Below are positions 1 through 12,466 of a stretch of 64,000 nucleotides of DNA, piece by piece. Under the pieces are notes generated by a model. It searched no databases and had not been told where the DNA came from. It worked only from the letters and a program-made list of their open reading frames with translations. Made by a program: the position numbers and the translations under genes. Source of the stretch: Acetobacteraceae bacterium (GTDB lineage Bacteria; Pseudomonadota; Alphaproteobacteria; Acetobacterales; Acetobacteraceae); contig JAVQZW010000005.1 of the NCBI GenBank assembly GCA_033582875.1, positions 5,655-69,654 of the forward strand. The letters run 5' to 3'. Numbering within the stretch: position 1 is the stretch's first letter; every line of letters starts with the position of its first letter.

Positions 1-2
1 AC

Positions 3-455
3 AACTACTACACGAACCAGGTGGCGACAGCGCAGATCCTCGTTGAAGGCTGGCGCGCGGCCGGGCTGAACGTCGAGATCCGGATGGTGGAGAACTGGGC
101 GCAGATCTTCTCGCGCGAGACGCCGCGGGCGATCCGCGACTGGTCGAACAGCGCGCCCTTCAACGACCCGGTCTCGTCGATCGTTAATCAGCATGGCCCG
201 CGCGGGCAGCAGCAGCAGGTCGGCGAATGGACCAACGACGAGTTCAACCGCCTCTGCGAGGAACTCGAGACCTCGACGGATCGGGCGCGGCGGCGCGCCC
301 TGTTCCGCCGGCTTCTCGAGATCGCCGAACGGGAGGATCCCGCCTACACCGTGCTGCACCAGAACGCCACCTTCACCGCCAAGCGGCGCGACCTGCGCTG
401 GAAGGCGAGCCCCGCCTTCGCGATGGACTTCCGGCCGGGAGCGTTCGGTGGCTGA
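3..455 (+). CDS. ABC transporter substrate-binding protein, family 5 (C-terminal part; 5'-truncated by window edge)
   Basis: The frame from position 3 reads NYYTNQVATAQ...GLNVEIRMVENW...RDWSN...EDPAYTVLH, paralogous to the two downstream SBPs. Confidence 0.9.
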   Translation, partial: NYYTNQVATAQILVEGWRAAGLNVEIRMVENWAQIFSRETPRAIRDWSNSAPFNDPVSSIVNQHGPRGQQQQVGEWTNDEFNRLCEELETSTDRARRRALFRRLLEIAEREDPAYTVLHQNATFTAKRRDLRWKASPAFAMDFRPGAFGG

Positions 456-2019
456 CCCTCGGCCCCTGACGCGGCGGGCGCTGCTCGCCGCCTCGGCCTC
501 GCTCGCCGCGCCGGCGGTCGCGCAGGCCGACCCGCGGCCGCAGGTGACGGTTGCGGTGCAGAACATCACCACCTCGAACACGCTCGAGATGCTGCTCGAG
601 CAGTCGAACGTCGGCACAAGGATCTTCCGCAACTACGTCGAGCCGCTGATCGACACCGACTGGCTCGGCGACATGTCGCTCGTTCCCGGCCTTGCCGTGT
701 CCTGGAAGCGGCTCGACGAACGCGTCGTCGAGTTCGACCTGCGCGAGGGCGTCGTGTTCCACGACGGCGAACCGTTCACGGCGGAGGACGTCGTCTTCTC
801 CTTCGGACCGGATCGGATGTGGGGCGGCGGAGCGCGCGAGGTGCCGCCCGCCGTGCCGCAAGCGGCGCGCCAAGCCTTCCCCGCGTTCGCCGCCATGGAG
901 GCGGTCGGGCCGCATCGCGTCCGATTGGTCAACAGCCGCCCCGATCCGGCCCAGGTCGGACGGATGGCGCGCACGATCGGGGTGATCGCTCCCCGCCGGT
1001 CCTTCCTCGCAGCGCCTTCGTTCATGGATTGGGCCCGTCGTCCGATCGGCACTGGCCCCTATCGCGTGGCCGAGTTCCGGCCGGATCGCGCCCTCGTGCT
1101 CGAGCCGCACGATCGGCACTGGCAGGGACGGCCGCCCTTGCGCCGTCTCCGCTTCCTGGAAGTGCCCGAAGTCGCGTCGCGGATCAACATGCTGATCTCG
1201 GGCGAGGTCGAATTCGCGACCGATATCCCCCCCGACGAGATCAGGGCGATCGAGAGCGATCGTCGCCTCGACGTCGTGGGCGGGCCCATCAACAACATTC
1301 GCTACATCGTCTTCAACAAGTCCCACCCCGCCCTTGCCGACCCGCTGGTGCGGCGGGCGATGACGCATGCCGTCGATCGCGAGGCCATCGTCTCCGCGCT
1401 GTGGGAGGGCAGGACGGCGGTGCCGCGTGGGCTGCAGTGGGAGTTCTACGGCGCGTTCTTCCTGGCAGACTACGACACGCCCCGCTTCGACCCCGGCGAG
1501 GCGCGGCGCCTCCTGCGCGCCTCGTCGTATCGCGGCGAGCCGATCCCGTGCCGCTGCCTGAACAACTACTACACGAACCAGCTGGCGACCGCGCAGATCG
1601 TGGTCGACGGGTGGCGCGCGATCGGCCTCAACGTCTAACTGCAGATGGTGGAGAACTGGGGCCAGATCCTGGGGGGCGATGCGGCCACGCGCGGGGTGCA
1701 CGACTGGTCGGCCTCCGCGGTTGTTCCCGATCCCTCCGTTCAGATGGTCGGCACCTGGGGCCCCGCCGGCGGCCCGTGGCGCCGCCGCCAATGGTGGAAC
1801 GACGAGTTCGCCCGCCTGTGCGAGGAGTTCGAAACCAGTCTCGACGAACCGAAGCGGGTGGCGATGTGGCGACGCATGCTCGTCATCATCGAGCACGAGG
1901 ATCCGGCCTACGTCGTCCTGCATCGAAACGCCAATTTCACCGCCAAGCGCCGCGACATCCGCTGGCGGCCCGCCCAGTCGTTCGTGATGGATTTCCGCGC
2001 CCACAACTGGGGAGCCTGA
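448..2019 (+). CDS. ABC transporter substrate-binding protein, family 5, Tat signal; interrupted by in-frame TAA at 1636-1638
   Basis: GTG start at 448, LTRRALL twin-Arg signal, LVPGLAVSW, FHDG, IGTGPY. The ORFs ending at 1638 and 1645..2019 are in the same frame on either side of one TAA. Confidence 0.85.
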
Positions 2020-2059
2020 CCTCTTGCCGGTGCCGGCTCCCGCACAATCGGAGGCTCAC

Positions 2060-3664
2060 ATGCCGGAACTTCGGCGGCGCACCCTGCTCGCCGCACCGCT
2101 CGCGCTTGCCGCGCCCGCGATCGCGCAGGGGGACGGGCGACCTACGCTCACCGTCGCGGTGCAGAAACTGTCCAACTCCAACACCTTCGAGCCGCCGCGC
2201 GAGCAATCGAACGTGGGCTTTCGCGTCCACGGCCTCTATTCGGAGCAGCTGATCGGCACGGATTGGCTGGAAGGGGCGCGTCTCGTCCCTGGCCTAGCCG
2301 TCTCCTGGCGCAGGATCGACGACCGCACGATCGAGTTCGACCTTCGCCCGGGCGTCCGTTTCCACGACGGGAGGGAGATGACGGCGGAGGACGTCGCCTT
2401 CTCGTTCGGCGAACGGCTCTTCGGGGTCCGTGGAGCAACCGGCGAGGGGCGGTCCGGCGTGCTCGCCGGCGCGGCCGGCAAGGAGCCGCCGCCCGAGGTC
2501 GTCGCCACGGCGCGTCGCACCTACCCAGCCCTGGAGCGGATCGGAGATTCTCGACCGCCACCGCGTGCGCTTCGTCAACGCGCGCCCCGACGTCACGCTC
2601 GAGGGGCGGATCGCACAGAGTGTCGGCGCGATCCTCTCGCGGGAGGCGTTTGCCGCCGCGGATAGCTGGCTTGCCTGGGCCCGCGCGCCGATCGGTACCG
2701 GCCCGTATCGGATCGCCGAGTTCCGCCCTGATACGCTGCTCGTGCTGGAATCACACGACGCCTATTGGGGCGGCCGCCCTCCCGCGCGTCGGCTCCGGTT
2801 CGTCGAGGTGCCGGAGGTCGCAAGCCGGATCAGCGGGCTCCTCTCGGGTGAGTTCGACTTCGCGTGCGACATCCCGCCCGACCAGATCGCGACCGTCGAG
2901 CGCAATTCGCGCTTCGAAGTGCTGGGCAGCCCGATCAACAACATCCGTAAGTTCGCCTTCGACAAGACCCACCCTGTGCTTGCGGATGCCCGCGTGCGCC
3001 GCGCGATGAGCCACGCCATCGACCGGCAGATGATCGTCGACACGCTCTGGGCGGGCAGGACCAGGGTCCCGCGCGGCATGCAGATGGAAAGCTACGGCGC
3101 GATGTATCTCGCGGACTGGGAAAACCCGCGCTTCGATCCGGCAGAAGCCCGGCGCCTGCTGCGCGAGGCGGGCTACCGCGGCGAGGTCATCCCCTATCGC
3201 CTGCTCAACAACTACTATACAAACCAGGTTGCGAACGCTCAGATCGCGGTGGAGATGTGGCGGGCGGTCGGGCTAAACGTGCAGATTGAGATGAAGGAAA
3301 ACTTCTCCCAGATCACTGCGCGGACGCCGGGCCGGGCTGTGCGCGACTGGTCGAACACATCAGTGTTCGGCGATCCCGTAGCAGGCATCCTGCGCAACTT
3401 CGGCCCGCGCACGGAAGCCGAACGCAACGGCGAGTGGACGAACGCCGAATTCGACCGTCTCGCGCAGGCGATCGAGGCGGAGACCGACATCGCGCGCAGG
3501 CGCGAGCAGTTCCGCCGTCTCCTCACCATCATTGAGCGGGAGGATCCGGGCTACATCGTCCTGCACCACGCCGCTGCGTTCACGGCCAAGCGCCGCGACA
3601 TCCGCTGGCGCGCGTCCTCGGGGTGGGCTCTCGTCTTCGGGCCGGGCAACCTCGCGATCGGATC

Positions 3665-3668
<4 letters not shown>
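2060..3668 (+). CDS. ABC transporter substrate-binding protein, family 5, Tat signal (frameshift ~2543)
   Basis: GGAGG RBS then ATG 2060, LRRRTLL signal, SNVG, FHDG, IGTGPY, NNYYTNQ, RDWSN. Joined from ORFs 2024..2665 and 2430..3668. Confidence 0.88.
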
Positions 3669-4642
<974 letters not shown>

Positions 4643-4646
<4 letters not shown>

Positions 4647-5630
4647 GTGACCTCGTTCTCGTCGCTGAACGGCTCCGCAAGGTCTACTGGCTGCGGCGCG
4701 GGCTTGTCGGACGGTCGGTCCGTGTCGTCGCGGTCGACGACGTCTCGCTTCGCGTCGAGCGCGGCCGGACGCTCGGCCTCGTCGGGGAATTGGGGGTGCG
4801 GCAAATCGACCACCGGGCGTCTCGTTCTTGGGCTGGAACAGCCAGACCATGGGACGGTGACCGTGGAAGGCGCGCCCATGCCGGACCCCGGCTCCCCCGA
4901 ATGGCGCCGCCTTCGCTCGCGCCTGCAGATGGTCTTCCAGGACCCGCTCGGCGCTCTCGATCGCCGCCTGACCATCGGCACGCAGATCCGCGAGCCGCTC
5001 GACATCCATCGCATCGGCCCGCCGCGGCACCGCAGAGAGCGGGTGCTCGCCCTCCTTCGCGCGGTCGGCCTGCGGGAGGACCACGCCGAGCGCTACCCGC
5101 ACGAGCTCTCCGGCGGACAGAGGCAGCGCGCGGTGCTCGCCCGCGCCTTGGTCACCGATCCGGTGCTCGTGGTCGCAGACGAGCCGATCAGCGCCCTCGA
5201 CGTCTCCATCCAGGCGCAGGTGATGAACCTGCTCCTCGATCTGCAGGAGCGTTTCGGCATCGCGATGCTGTTCATCAGTCACGACCTTCGCGCCGTGCGC
5301 CAGGTGAGCCATCGCATCGCGGTGATGTATCTCGGCCGCATCGTGGAGGAGGGCGATGCGGACCAGATCCTGCGCTCTCCCGCCCACCCCTACGCGCGCG
5401 CGCTCGTCTCGGCGATCCCCCATCCCGGCCGCGCGGTCAAGCGCATCATCCTGCAGGGCGATCCGCCGAATCCGGCGAACCGTCCGCCGGGCTGCTCCTT
5501 CCATCCGCGCTGCCCGGCAGCCGTCGTACGCTGCCGGACCGACACCCCCCCGCTGGCGCCGCGGAGCGACGGCCGCCTCGTCGCCTGCCACGTGGCGCAC
5601 GAGCGCGCGGACGCTCCGCTGGCGGCCTGA
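4643..5630 (+). CDS. ABC transporter ATP-binding protein, DppF-like (frameshift ~4790)
   Basis: GE.GCGKST split by a frameshift, LSGGQRQR, DEPISALDVS, GCSFHPRC. Confidence 0.9.
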
Positions 5631-6569
5631 TGATCCGCTTCCTTCTCACCCGTCTGGGCCGGGCCGCTCTGACGCTGATCCTCGTGGTCACGTTCGCCTT
5701 CGTCGTGCTGCGGCTTTCGGGCGATCCCGCACAGATCATCATGGGCGCCGACGCGCCGCCGGAGGCGGTCGACGCGTTCCGCACGGCCTGGGGCCTCGAT
5801 CAGCCGATTCCCGTCCAATACCTTTACTATTTCGGGGCGATCCTGCGCGGCGATCTGGGGCGGTCGATGCGCGACGGGCGCGACGCAATTGTCCTCGTCA
5901 CGGAACGCATTCCCGCCACCCTCACCCTCACGGTTCCCGCGCTCGCGATCAAGCTCGGACTCGGCATCCCGGCCGGCATCTACGCCGCGCTGCACCGGAA
6001 TTCGCCGATCGACCGGGCGCTGATGGTCGCCGCCGTCGCCGGCTTCACCATGCCTTCCTTTGTGCTCGGCCTCCTGCTCGTCCTGATCTTCGCCGTCAAC
6101 TTGGGCTGGCTTCCCTCGGGCGGTCAGGAGAGCTGGCGCCACGCCATCCTTCCCGTGGTCACCCTCGGCCTGGGCGGGGCGGCGGTGCTGGCGCGCTTCA
6201 CCCGGAGCGCGATGCTGGAGGTGCTCGGCCAGCCCTACATCCGGACGGCGAGCGCCAAGGGGCTGACCTGGCGCGACGTGGTCTGGACCCATGCCCTGCC
6301 GAACGCCGCGATCCCTACCGTGACCATTGTCGGGTTCATGGTCGGCAGCCTGATCGCGGGCGCGGTCGTCGTCGAGAGCGTCTTCTCCTGGCCTGGAGTT
6401 CGGTCGCCTCCTGGTGGTGGCTGTGGCGAACCGCGACCTGGCCGTGGTGCAATGCATCCTCCTCCTGGTTGCGGCGACCATGATCGCGGCCAACCTTGCC
6501 GTGGACATCCTCTACGGCGTGCTCGATCCGAGACTGCGTACCGGTGGTCGCCGCGCGGAGGCGGCGTGA
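5630..6569 (+). CDS. ABC transporter permease, DppB-like (frameshift ~6400)
   Basis: MIRFLLTRL..., GLDQPIPVQY, EAA-like YIRTASAKG, VESVFSWPG. The shifted frame ends DILYGVLDPRLR...TGA 6569. Confidence 0.88.
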
Positions 6570-7455
6570 TGGCGGGCCCGCGGGTCGCCGAAAGCGCCGT
6601 GCTGCTCAACGCCGTCGCCAGGCGCCTCCCGGTCGTTCTGCCGCCGTCGACGGCGCTTGCCCTCGGCTGGCTCGCGTTGATGGTCTCGGTGGCGGTCTTC
6701 GCCGACCTGCTCAGCCCCTTCCCCCACACGGCGCTCGACCTTCGCAACCGACTCGCCCCGCCGGTCGGGCTCGGCGGGACATGGATTTCATCCGCTCGGC
6801 ACCGATGAGCTCGGGCGCGACGTGCTGTCGCGGCTTCTCGCCTCCATTCGCACGAGTCTCTCCATCGCCTTCGGCGCGACGCTGATCGGCGCGGCCTTCG
6901 GCACGTCACTGGGCTTCCTTGCTGCGCATTTCCGTGGCGTCGTCGAACAGGCGGTGCTGGCGCTGGTCGACTTCTCGGCGACCATCCCGATGCTGATCTT
7001 CGCCCTTTCCGTCTTGGCCTTCTTCGGCAATTCGCGCGCGCTGATGGTCGCCTTGCTCGGCCTGCACGCCTGGGAGCGCTACGCGCGGATCGCGCGCGGC
7101 CTCGCGATCGCGGCCTCGGTGCAGGGCTACGCCTTCGCCGTGCGCCAGCTCGGTGCCGGTCCCTGGCGTGTCTATCTGCGGCACGTGCTGCCGAACATCG
7201 CCTCCACGCTCATCGTCTCGATGACCCTCGCCTTTCCGGAGGTGATCTTGCTCGAGTTCCGGCCTCTCCTTCCTCGGCCTCGGCGTCCAGCCGCCCGACA
7301 CCTCGCTCGGTTCCATGGTCGGCTACGGGCGGGACTATCTCACCCGCGCGCCGTGGATCCTGCTGTCCCCGGCCGCCGCGATCGTGCTCACCACCCTCGC
7401 CGTCTCGCTGCTCGGCGACTGGTTGCGTGATCGGCTGGATCCGACCTTGCGCTGA
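6569..7455 (+). CDS. ABC transporter permease, DppC-like (frameshifts ~6790 and ~7257)
   Basis: HPLGTDELGRD, RHVLPN, ESGLSFLGLGVQPP, LLGDWLRDRLDP recovered across frames. Confidence 0.85.
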
Positions 7456-7482
7456 CCCGTTCCTGAGGTTGGCCGAGAGACG

Positions 7483-8901
7483 ATGATGCGGGTTGTCCTG
7501 GTCGCTCTCGACGGCCTTCGCCCCGATCTCGTCGGTCCCGGACTGACCCCGAACCTCGCGCGCCTCGCCGAGCAGGGGGCTCGCTTCGTCAATGCGACCA
7601 GCGTCTTTCCCTCGGAGACGCGCGTCGCGACGCCGTCCCTCGTGACGGGCTGCCGCCCGGAGCGGCACGGCATGGTGGCGAACACAATCGTACGACCGCA
7701 GCGCGAACCGGCTCGTGCGCACCAAGACGCCCGAGGAGCTTGCCAGCCTTGCCGCCGGATCGGTGAGCCCGATCGAGGCCGAGACGGTCGGCGAGCTCCT
7801 CGCGAGGCGAGGTCGGTCCTTCGCACTCGTCTCCTCCGGAAGCGCGGGAGCGGCGCGGCTTCTTCACCCTCAGGCGGAACGGCTCGGGCAGTTCCGCTGG
7901 AGCCCGGACGATCCTGGTTGCCGGGGGCCCGGACTTGAGGCGCGCTTCGGCCCGCCGCCTCCGCCGGCGCTGCCCAACCTGGGAAGGATCGCGCATGCGG
8001 GCCGGGTCTTCGTTGAACATGTCCTGGCCGAACTGGAACCTGATGTGGCCCTGCTCTGGCTCTCGGAGCCCGACTTCTCCTTCCATTACGCGGGGCTCGG
8101 CTCGCCGGTCGCGCGCGAGGCCCTGCGCGCGGCCGACGCCGAGCTCGGACGCGTGATGGCTTGGCGCGACGGTCAACCGGATCGGGAGCGGATCGTTCTC
8201 GTTGCGTTTTCCGACCACGGCCATGCGACGGGCACCCGGCGCGTCTCCGTCGTCCAGGCTCTGAACGCCGCCGGCTTCCGCGCCGGAGAGGACGGAGAGA
8301 GCGACATCGTCGTCGCGGGAGGAGGGGCGGTCGGGCTGTGGCTTCGCGACCAGGCCGCCCTGCCCTCCGTCGCCGAGTTCCTCGCTGCCCAACCCTGGGT
8401 CGGGGTGCTGCTCGCTCTTGCGCCCGACCGTCTTCCCGCAGGCTTGGCGCTGCCCCTGTCGCTTACCGGCTCCGCCCATCGGCGCAGCCCCGACCTCGTC
8501 TGCACGTTCGCGGGCAGCGATGCCCCGGATCCGTGGGGGCTGTCGGGAACCGCAGCCTTCGATTCGGCGGATGTGCCCGAAAGCGGCGGCATGCATGGGG
8601 GTCTGCATCGGACCGAACTGGGGACGGTGACTGGTCATGGCAGGTGGCCCCGTGCGCCGTGGAGCGAGGGTTCGGGAGCCGGTGCGACCTCTGCGACATC
8701 ATGCCGACCGTGCTACACCTTCTTGGGCTATCCGGCCCCGGGATGGACGGCAAGCCGCTCCTCGCCGCGCTCGACGCGACGGAAGAGCGAGGGGCATCTG
8801 CGGAGCGCTTCAGCCTCGCGCGCGGCTACGCGCTTGACGGCCTGCGGGACAGCCGGGGCCGCTTTTACCCACGCGCGGCAAGACCAGCGGAGCGCGGCTG
8901 A
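7483..8901 (+). CDS. Alkaline-phosphatase-superfamily enzyme (nucleotide pyrophosphatase/phosphodiesterase, PhnA-like), cytoplasmic; several frameshifts
   Basis: VLVALDGLRPD, FPSET (Thr nucleophile position), RHGMVAN, EPDFSFH, FSDHGH, GMHGGL, DIMPTVLHLLG. No signal peptide. Confidence 0.82.
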
Positions 8902-9330
8902 CCCGCGCGTTTGCCCTTCACCGCCGACGACCCCCGAAAGGAGCCACGACGGGAAGCCTCGTCGGTGGCCCGTAGAGCCATGCCGGAAGAAGTCCGGGTT
9001 ACTCCCGGTGTGGATCGCACGTGCCATCCAAGGAGCGCGGACCGGCATCGGGCGATGATTCGACCGTGCCGCAGAGGCACGCCTGCCAGAGCTCCGGATC
9101 CTCGTTCTCTGGCCCACCGCAGTCCTTCCGCGAAGGATGGCGCGTGGCGGCGGGCTCGATCCGCCTCGCCCGCGTCTCCGCCGGCTGTCGCGACCGGGGT
9201 GACGGGCCCCCCTGAAGCAAGTCCCGGTGGGACGGGCTTCACCTGTTCGCCTGCCGGAGCGACGGCCCAGCACCACCCATCCACGACGACGGCGGGCGCG
9301 CATCATGCGCGAGATTGTTCCCCGATCCTC

Positions 9331-9445
9331 TGTCGCCGTCCCGCCGCGAGACCTCGATCCGACATGCTTGTGGATCGCTCAGGAAGATGAAGCTCGGCAT
9401 GAGCTCGCTGCCGGCGCGCAATTACGCGATCGTTGCGGAGGTTGG
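9331..9445 (-). pseudogene. Possible decayed C-terminal remnant of a VOC/glyoxalase gene
   Basis: The minus strand reads TIA*LRAGSELMPSFIFLSDPQACRIEVSRRDG, resembling the alphaproteobacterial glyoxalase C-terminal pattern LMARFFF.DPDGY.IEV. It contains an in-frame stop. Confidence 0.3.
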
Positions 9446-9740
9446 GCGCACTTCGGTCGGCGCTTCATAAGCGGCGTGTCTTTCATCGATTCGATTCTCG
9501 CGGCAGGGCGGCACCGCTTAACGAACGCCCAGGGCTCCCTTCGCCCTTCCGTGCCGGTCCGATCGGTCTCGGACGGGCTCTTCCTGCCGCGACGAGACCC
9601 CCGGCAAACCTGTCGGCCGGGAACCGAACGGCCACGCCGGACCAGAACGCGCCCCGCAGAATGCCGCCGAAAGCGGGCCGCTGGGCTTGCCAACGGTCAT
9701 GGGAAGGGCAAGCCATCGGCCGTTCCCGCCAGCGCGATGC

Positions 9741-11334
9741 TCACGCCGCGTCGCGGCGGTTCTCGACCAGGGCGAGCACCTGCGCAAGCCGGTCGGCTTG
9801 TTCTGCCCTCTTGTCGGTGCGGATGCGGTTGACGCGCGGAAAGCGCAGCGCGACCCCCGAGCGGTGTCGGTTGGAGAGCTGTGCGGCGTCGAAGGCGATC
9901 TCCAGCACCAGCGACTTCTCGACCTCGCGCACAGGGCCGAAGCGGGCAATGGTGTGGTTGCGGATCCAGCGGTCGAGCCAGGCGAGCTCGGCGTCCGTGA
10001 AGCCGAAATAGGCCTTGCCGACGGGAACGAGCTCGCCGTCGTCGGTCCATACCCCAAAGGTGTAGTCCGAGTAGTAGGAGCTGCGCTTGCCGTGCCCGCG
10101 CTGGGCGTACATGAGCACGGCGTCGATCACGAAGGGGTCGCGCTTCCACTTGAACCACGGGCCCTTCGGCCGGCCGGGCACGTAGGCGGAGGCGCGGTGC
10201 TTCAGCATCAGCCCTTCTATGCCCGCCTCGCGCGCGCCGGCGCGAAGGGCGGCGAGCTCGTCCCAGGAACGGAACGGAACCAGCGGCGAGAGGTCCATCC
10301 GCCGCGGCGACGTCCTCGCCAGCCATGCCTCCAGCCGTGCGCGGCGATCGTCGAACGGCAGCGGCCTGAGGTCCTCCGCGCCCTCGAAGAGGATGTCGTA
10401 GAGGCGGATCATCGCGGGGAAATCACGCAGCATCCGCGCCGAGACCGACTTGCGGTTCAGCCTCTGCTGCAGATCGGAAAAGGGCGCGACCCGGCCATCG
10501 CGCACGACGAGGAGCTCGCCGTCCAAGACGGCGTGCAGCCCGCGCATCGCCTCGGCAACGTCCGGAAAGGCCGCCGTGATGTCCTCGCCCGCGCGGGAGA
10601 AGAGCGCGACCCCGCCCGGGCCGGCGCAGGCCTGCACGCGAATGCCGTCCCACTTCCACTCCGCGCGGTAGTCGGCCGGATCGAGGGCGCGGAGGTCCCC
10701 GTCCTCCAGCGGGTGGGCGAGCATGGGGGGGCGGAAGAGGGGCCGGTCGGTGCCGAGCGGCATCGGCCCCCGCCCCTCGAGCCAGGCGAAGAGGGCGAGG
10801 TAGGGCGGGGCGGAGGCCGACCAGGCCTCCTCGATCGCGTTCACGTCGACTCCGTAGTGTTCGGCGATCGCAACCTTCACCAGGCGGGCGGAGACGCCGA
10901 CGCGCACCCCGCCCGTGATCAGCTTGATCAGCGCGAAGCGCGCCGAGGCGTCGAGCGAGTTCGAGCCAGGCGGCGAGCAGGGCCGGAACCTCGGCGCGCG
11001 AGACGGTGGCGAGCGCCTCCACCACCTCGGCCAGAGTGGGCGGGGGCGCGGGTGGTGTGGACGGGGCCGGCCAGATCAGGCTCACCGTCTCGGCGAGGTC
11101 GCCGACGTAGTCGTAGGACCAGCCGAACAGAACGGGGTCGGTGCGTTCGGCGACGAGGGCGCGGATCAGCCCCGGCTTGGCAGCGGAAAACGAGAGTTCG
11201 CCCGAGATCGCGGCGAGCCCAAAGCCCCGCTCGGGGTCGGGGCGGGTCGCGATCCAGTCGCGAATCAGCGCGATCTTGGAGATGCGCGCGGGCGAGAAGA
11301 CGAGGCGTTCGAGGAGCTGGGCGAAGGGCGTCAT
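9741..11334 (-). CDS. ATP-dependent DNA ligase of the ligase-associated DNA damage response cluster (frameshift ~10960)
   Basis: N-terminal SYDYVGDLAET, motif I EWKWDG, LDGEL, EGLMLK, WFKWK, OB-fold LRFPR. Confidence 0.93.
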
Positions 11335-12383
11335 GCCGCCTCCTCCTCCACCGACGCGGTCACCCCCCCGCCCTCGTCCTCCTCGCCGCGACCGATCAGC
11401 GACAGCGCGCGGCCGCGGATGCCGCGCGAGGCAAGGGCGTGGATGAGCGCCTCCTCGCGTCCGTGGGTCACCCACACCTCGGCCGCGCCCGTCGCATCGG
11501 CCGTGGCGTTGAGTTCGTCCCAGTCGGCGTGGTCGGAGATGACGAGGGGCAGTTCCACGCCGCGCGACTTCGCGCGCTGGCGCACGCGCATCCAGCCTGA
11601 GGCGAGAGCGACCACAGGGTCATGAAGACGCCGCGCCCAGCGGTCCTGGATCGCGCCGGGCGGGGCGATGACGAGCGCGCCCCGAAGCAGGGGCTTGTCG
11701 GCCGCGGTGGCGGGGCGGAGGTCGCCGAACTCGTGGCCGAAGGCGGAATACACCTCGATCAGCGGGAACAAGGCGCCGTGGAGATAGATCGGGCGGTCGT
11801 AGCCGGCCCGGCGCAGAAGCGCGATCAGCCGCTGCGCTTTGCCGAGCGCATAGGCGCCGACCACGTGGGTGCGGTCGGAGAACACCGAGAGCGAGTGCAA
11901 CAGGCGTGCGATCTCGCCCTCCGCAGGCGGGTGGCGGAACACCGGCAGGGCGAAGGTCGCTTCGGTGACGAGAAGGTCGCAGGGCACGGGGGCGAAGGGC
12001 GCGCAGGTGGGCTGCGGGCGGGGGGAGTAGTCGCCCGTGATCACCACGCGACAGCCGCGCCATTCGAGCAGGGCCTGGGCCGAGCCGAGCACATGGCCGG
12101 CAGGGAAGAGGGTGATGCGGACGCCGCCGACCTCGAGCGTCTCGCCGTATCGGAGCGGCTGCTGCGAGAGCCCCGCCCGCCCTTCGCCGAGGCGGCGGGT
12201 CATCAGCGCCAGGGTCTCGGGGGTGGCGAGCACCGCGCCGTGGCCCGGCCGGGCGTGGTCGGCATGCGCGTGGGTGATGAGGGCGCGGGGCACGGCGCGC
12301 GCGGGGTCGATGAACAGGTCTGCCGGTTCGCAGTAGAGGCCCTCGGGCCGGACGGAGAGCCAAGTTTCGGGGTGCGGCGTCAT
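11331..12383 (-). CDS. Ligase-associated DNA damage response exonuclease (MBL/beta-CASP)
   Basis: ITHAHADH, AGHVLGSAQ, VTEATF, YALGKAQR, ASGWM, ISDHADW, VTHG. ATGA overlap with the ligase. Confidence 0.93.
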   Translation of the reverse strand: MTPHPETWLSVRPEGLYCEPADLFIDPARAVPRALITHAHADHARPGHGAVLATPETLALMTRRLGEGRAGLSQQPLRYGETLEVGGVRITLFPAGHVLGSAQALLEWRGCRVVITGDYSPRPQPTCAPFAPVPCDLLVTEATFALPVFRHPPAEGEIARLLHSLSVFSDRTHVVGAYALGKAQRLIALLRRAGYDRPIYLHGALFPLIEVYSAFGHEFGDLRPATAADKPLLRGALVIAPPGAIQDRWARRLHDPVVALASGWMRVRQRAKSRGVELPLVISDHADWDELNATADATGAAEVWVTHGREEALIHALASRGIRGRALSLIGRGEEDEGGGVTASVEEEAA

Positions 12384-12466
12384 CGAGCGGGGATGTGGGC
12401 CGCGGCAGCCGGGTGGTGAACTCCGCGGTGTGTGGCGGACGTGCCTTGCGCGACTACACTTGAAGC

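Noticed and set aside
12384-12466. Alphaproteobacterial LexA box in the exonuclease/lhr divergent spacer
   Set aside because: Only one GAAC half-site is present, with no GAAC-N7-GAAC or GTTC-N7-GTTC.
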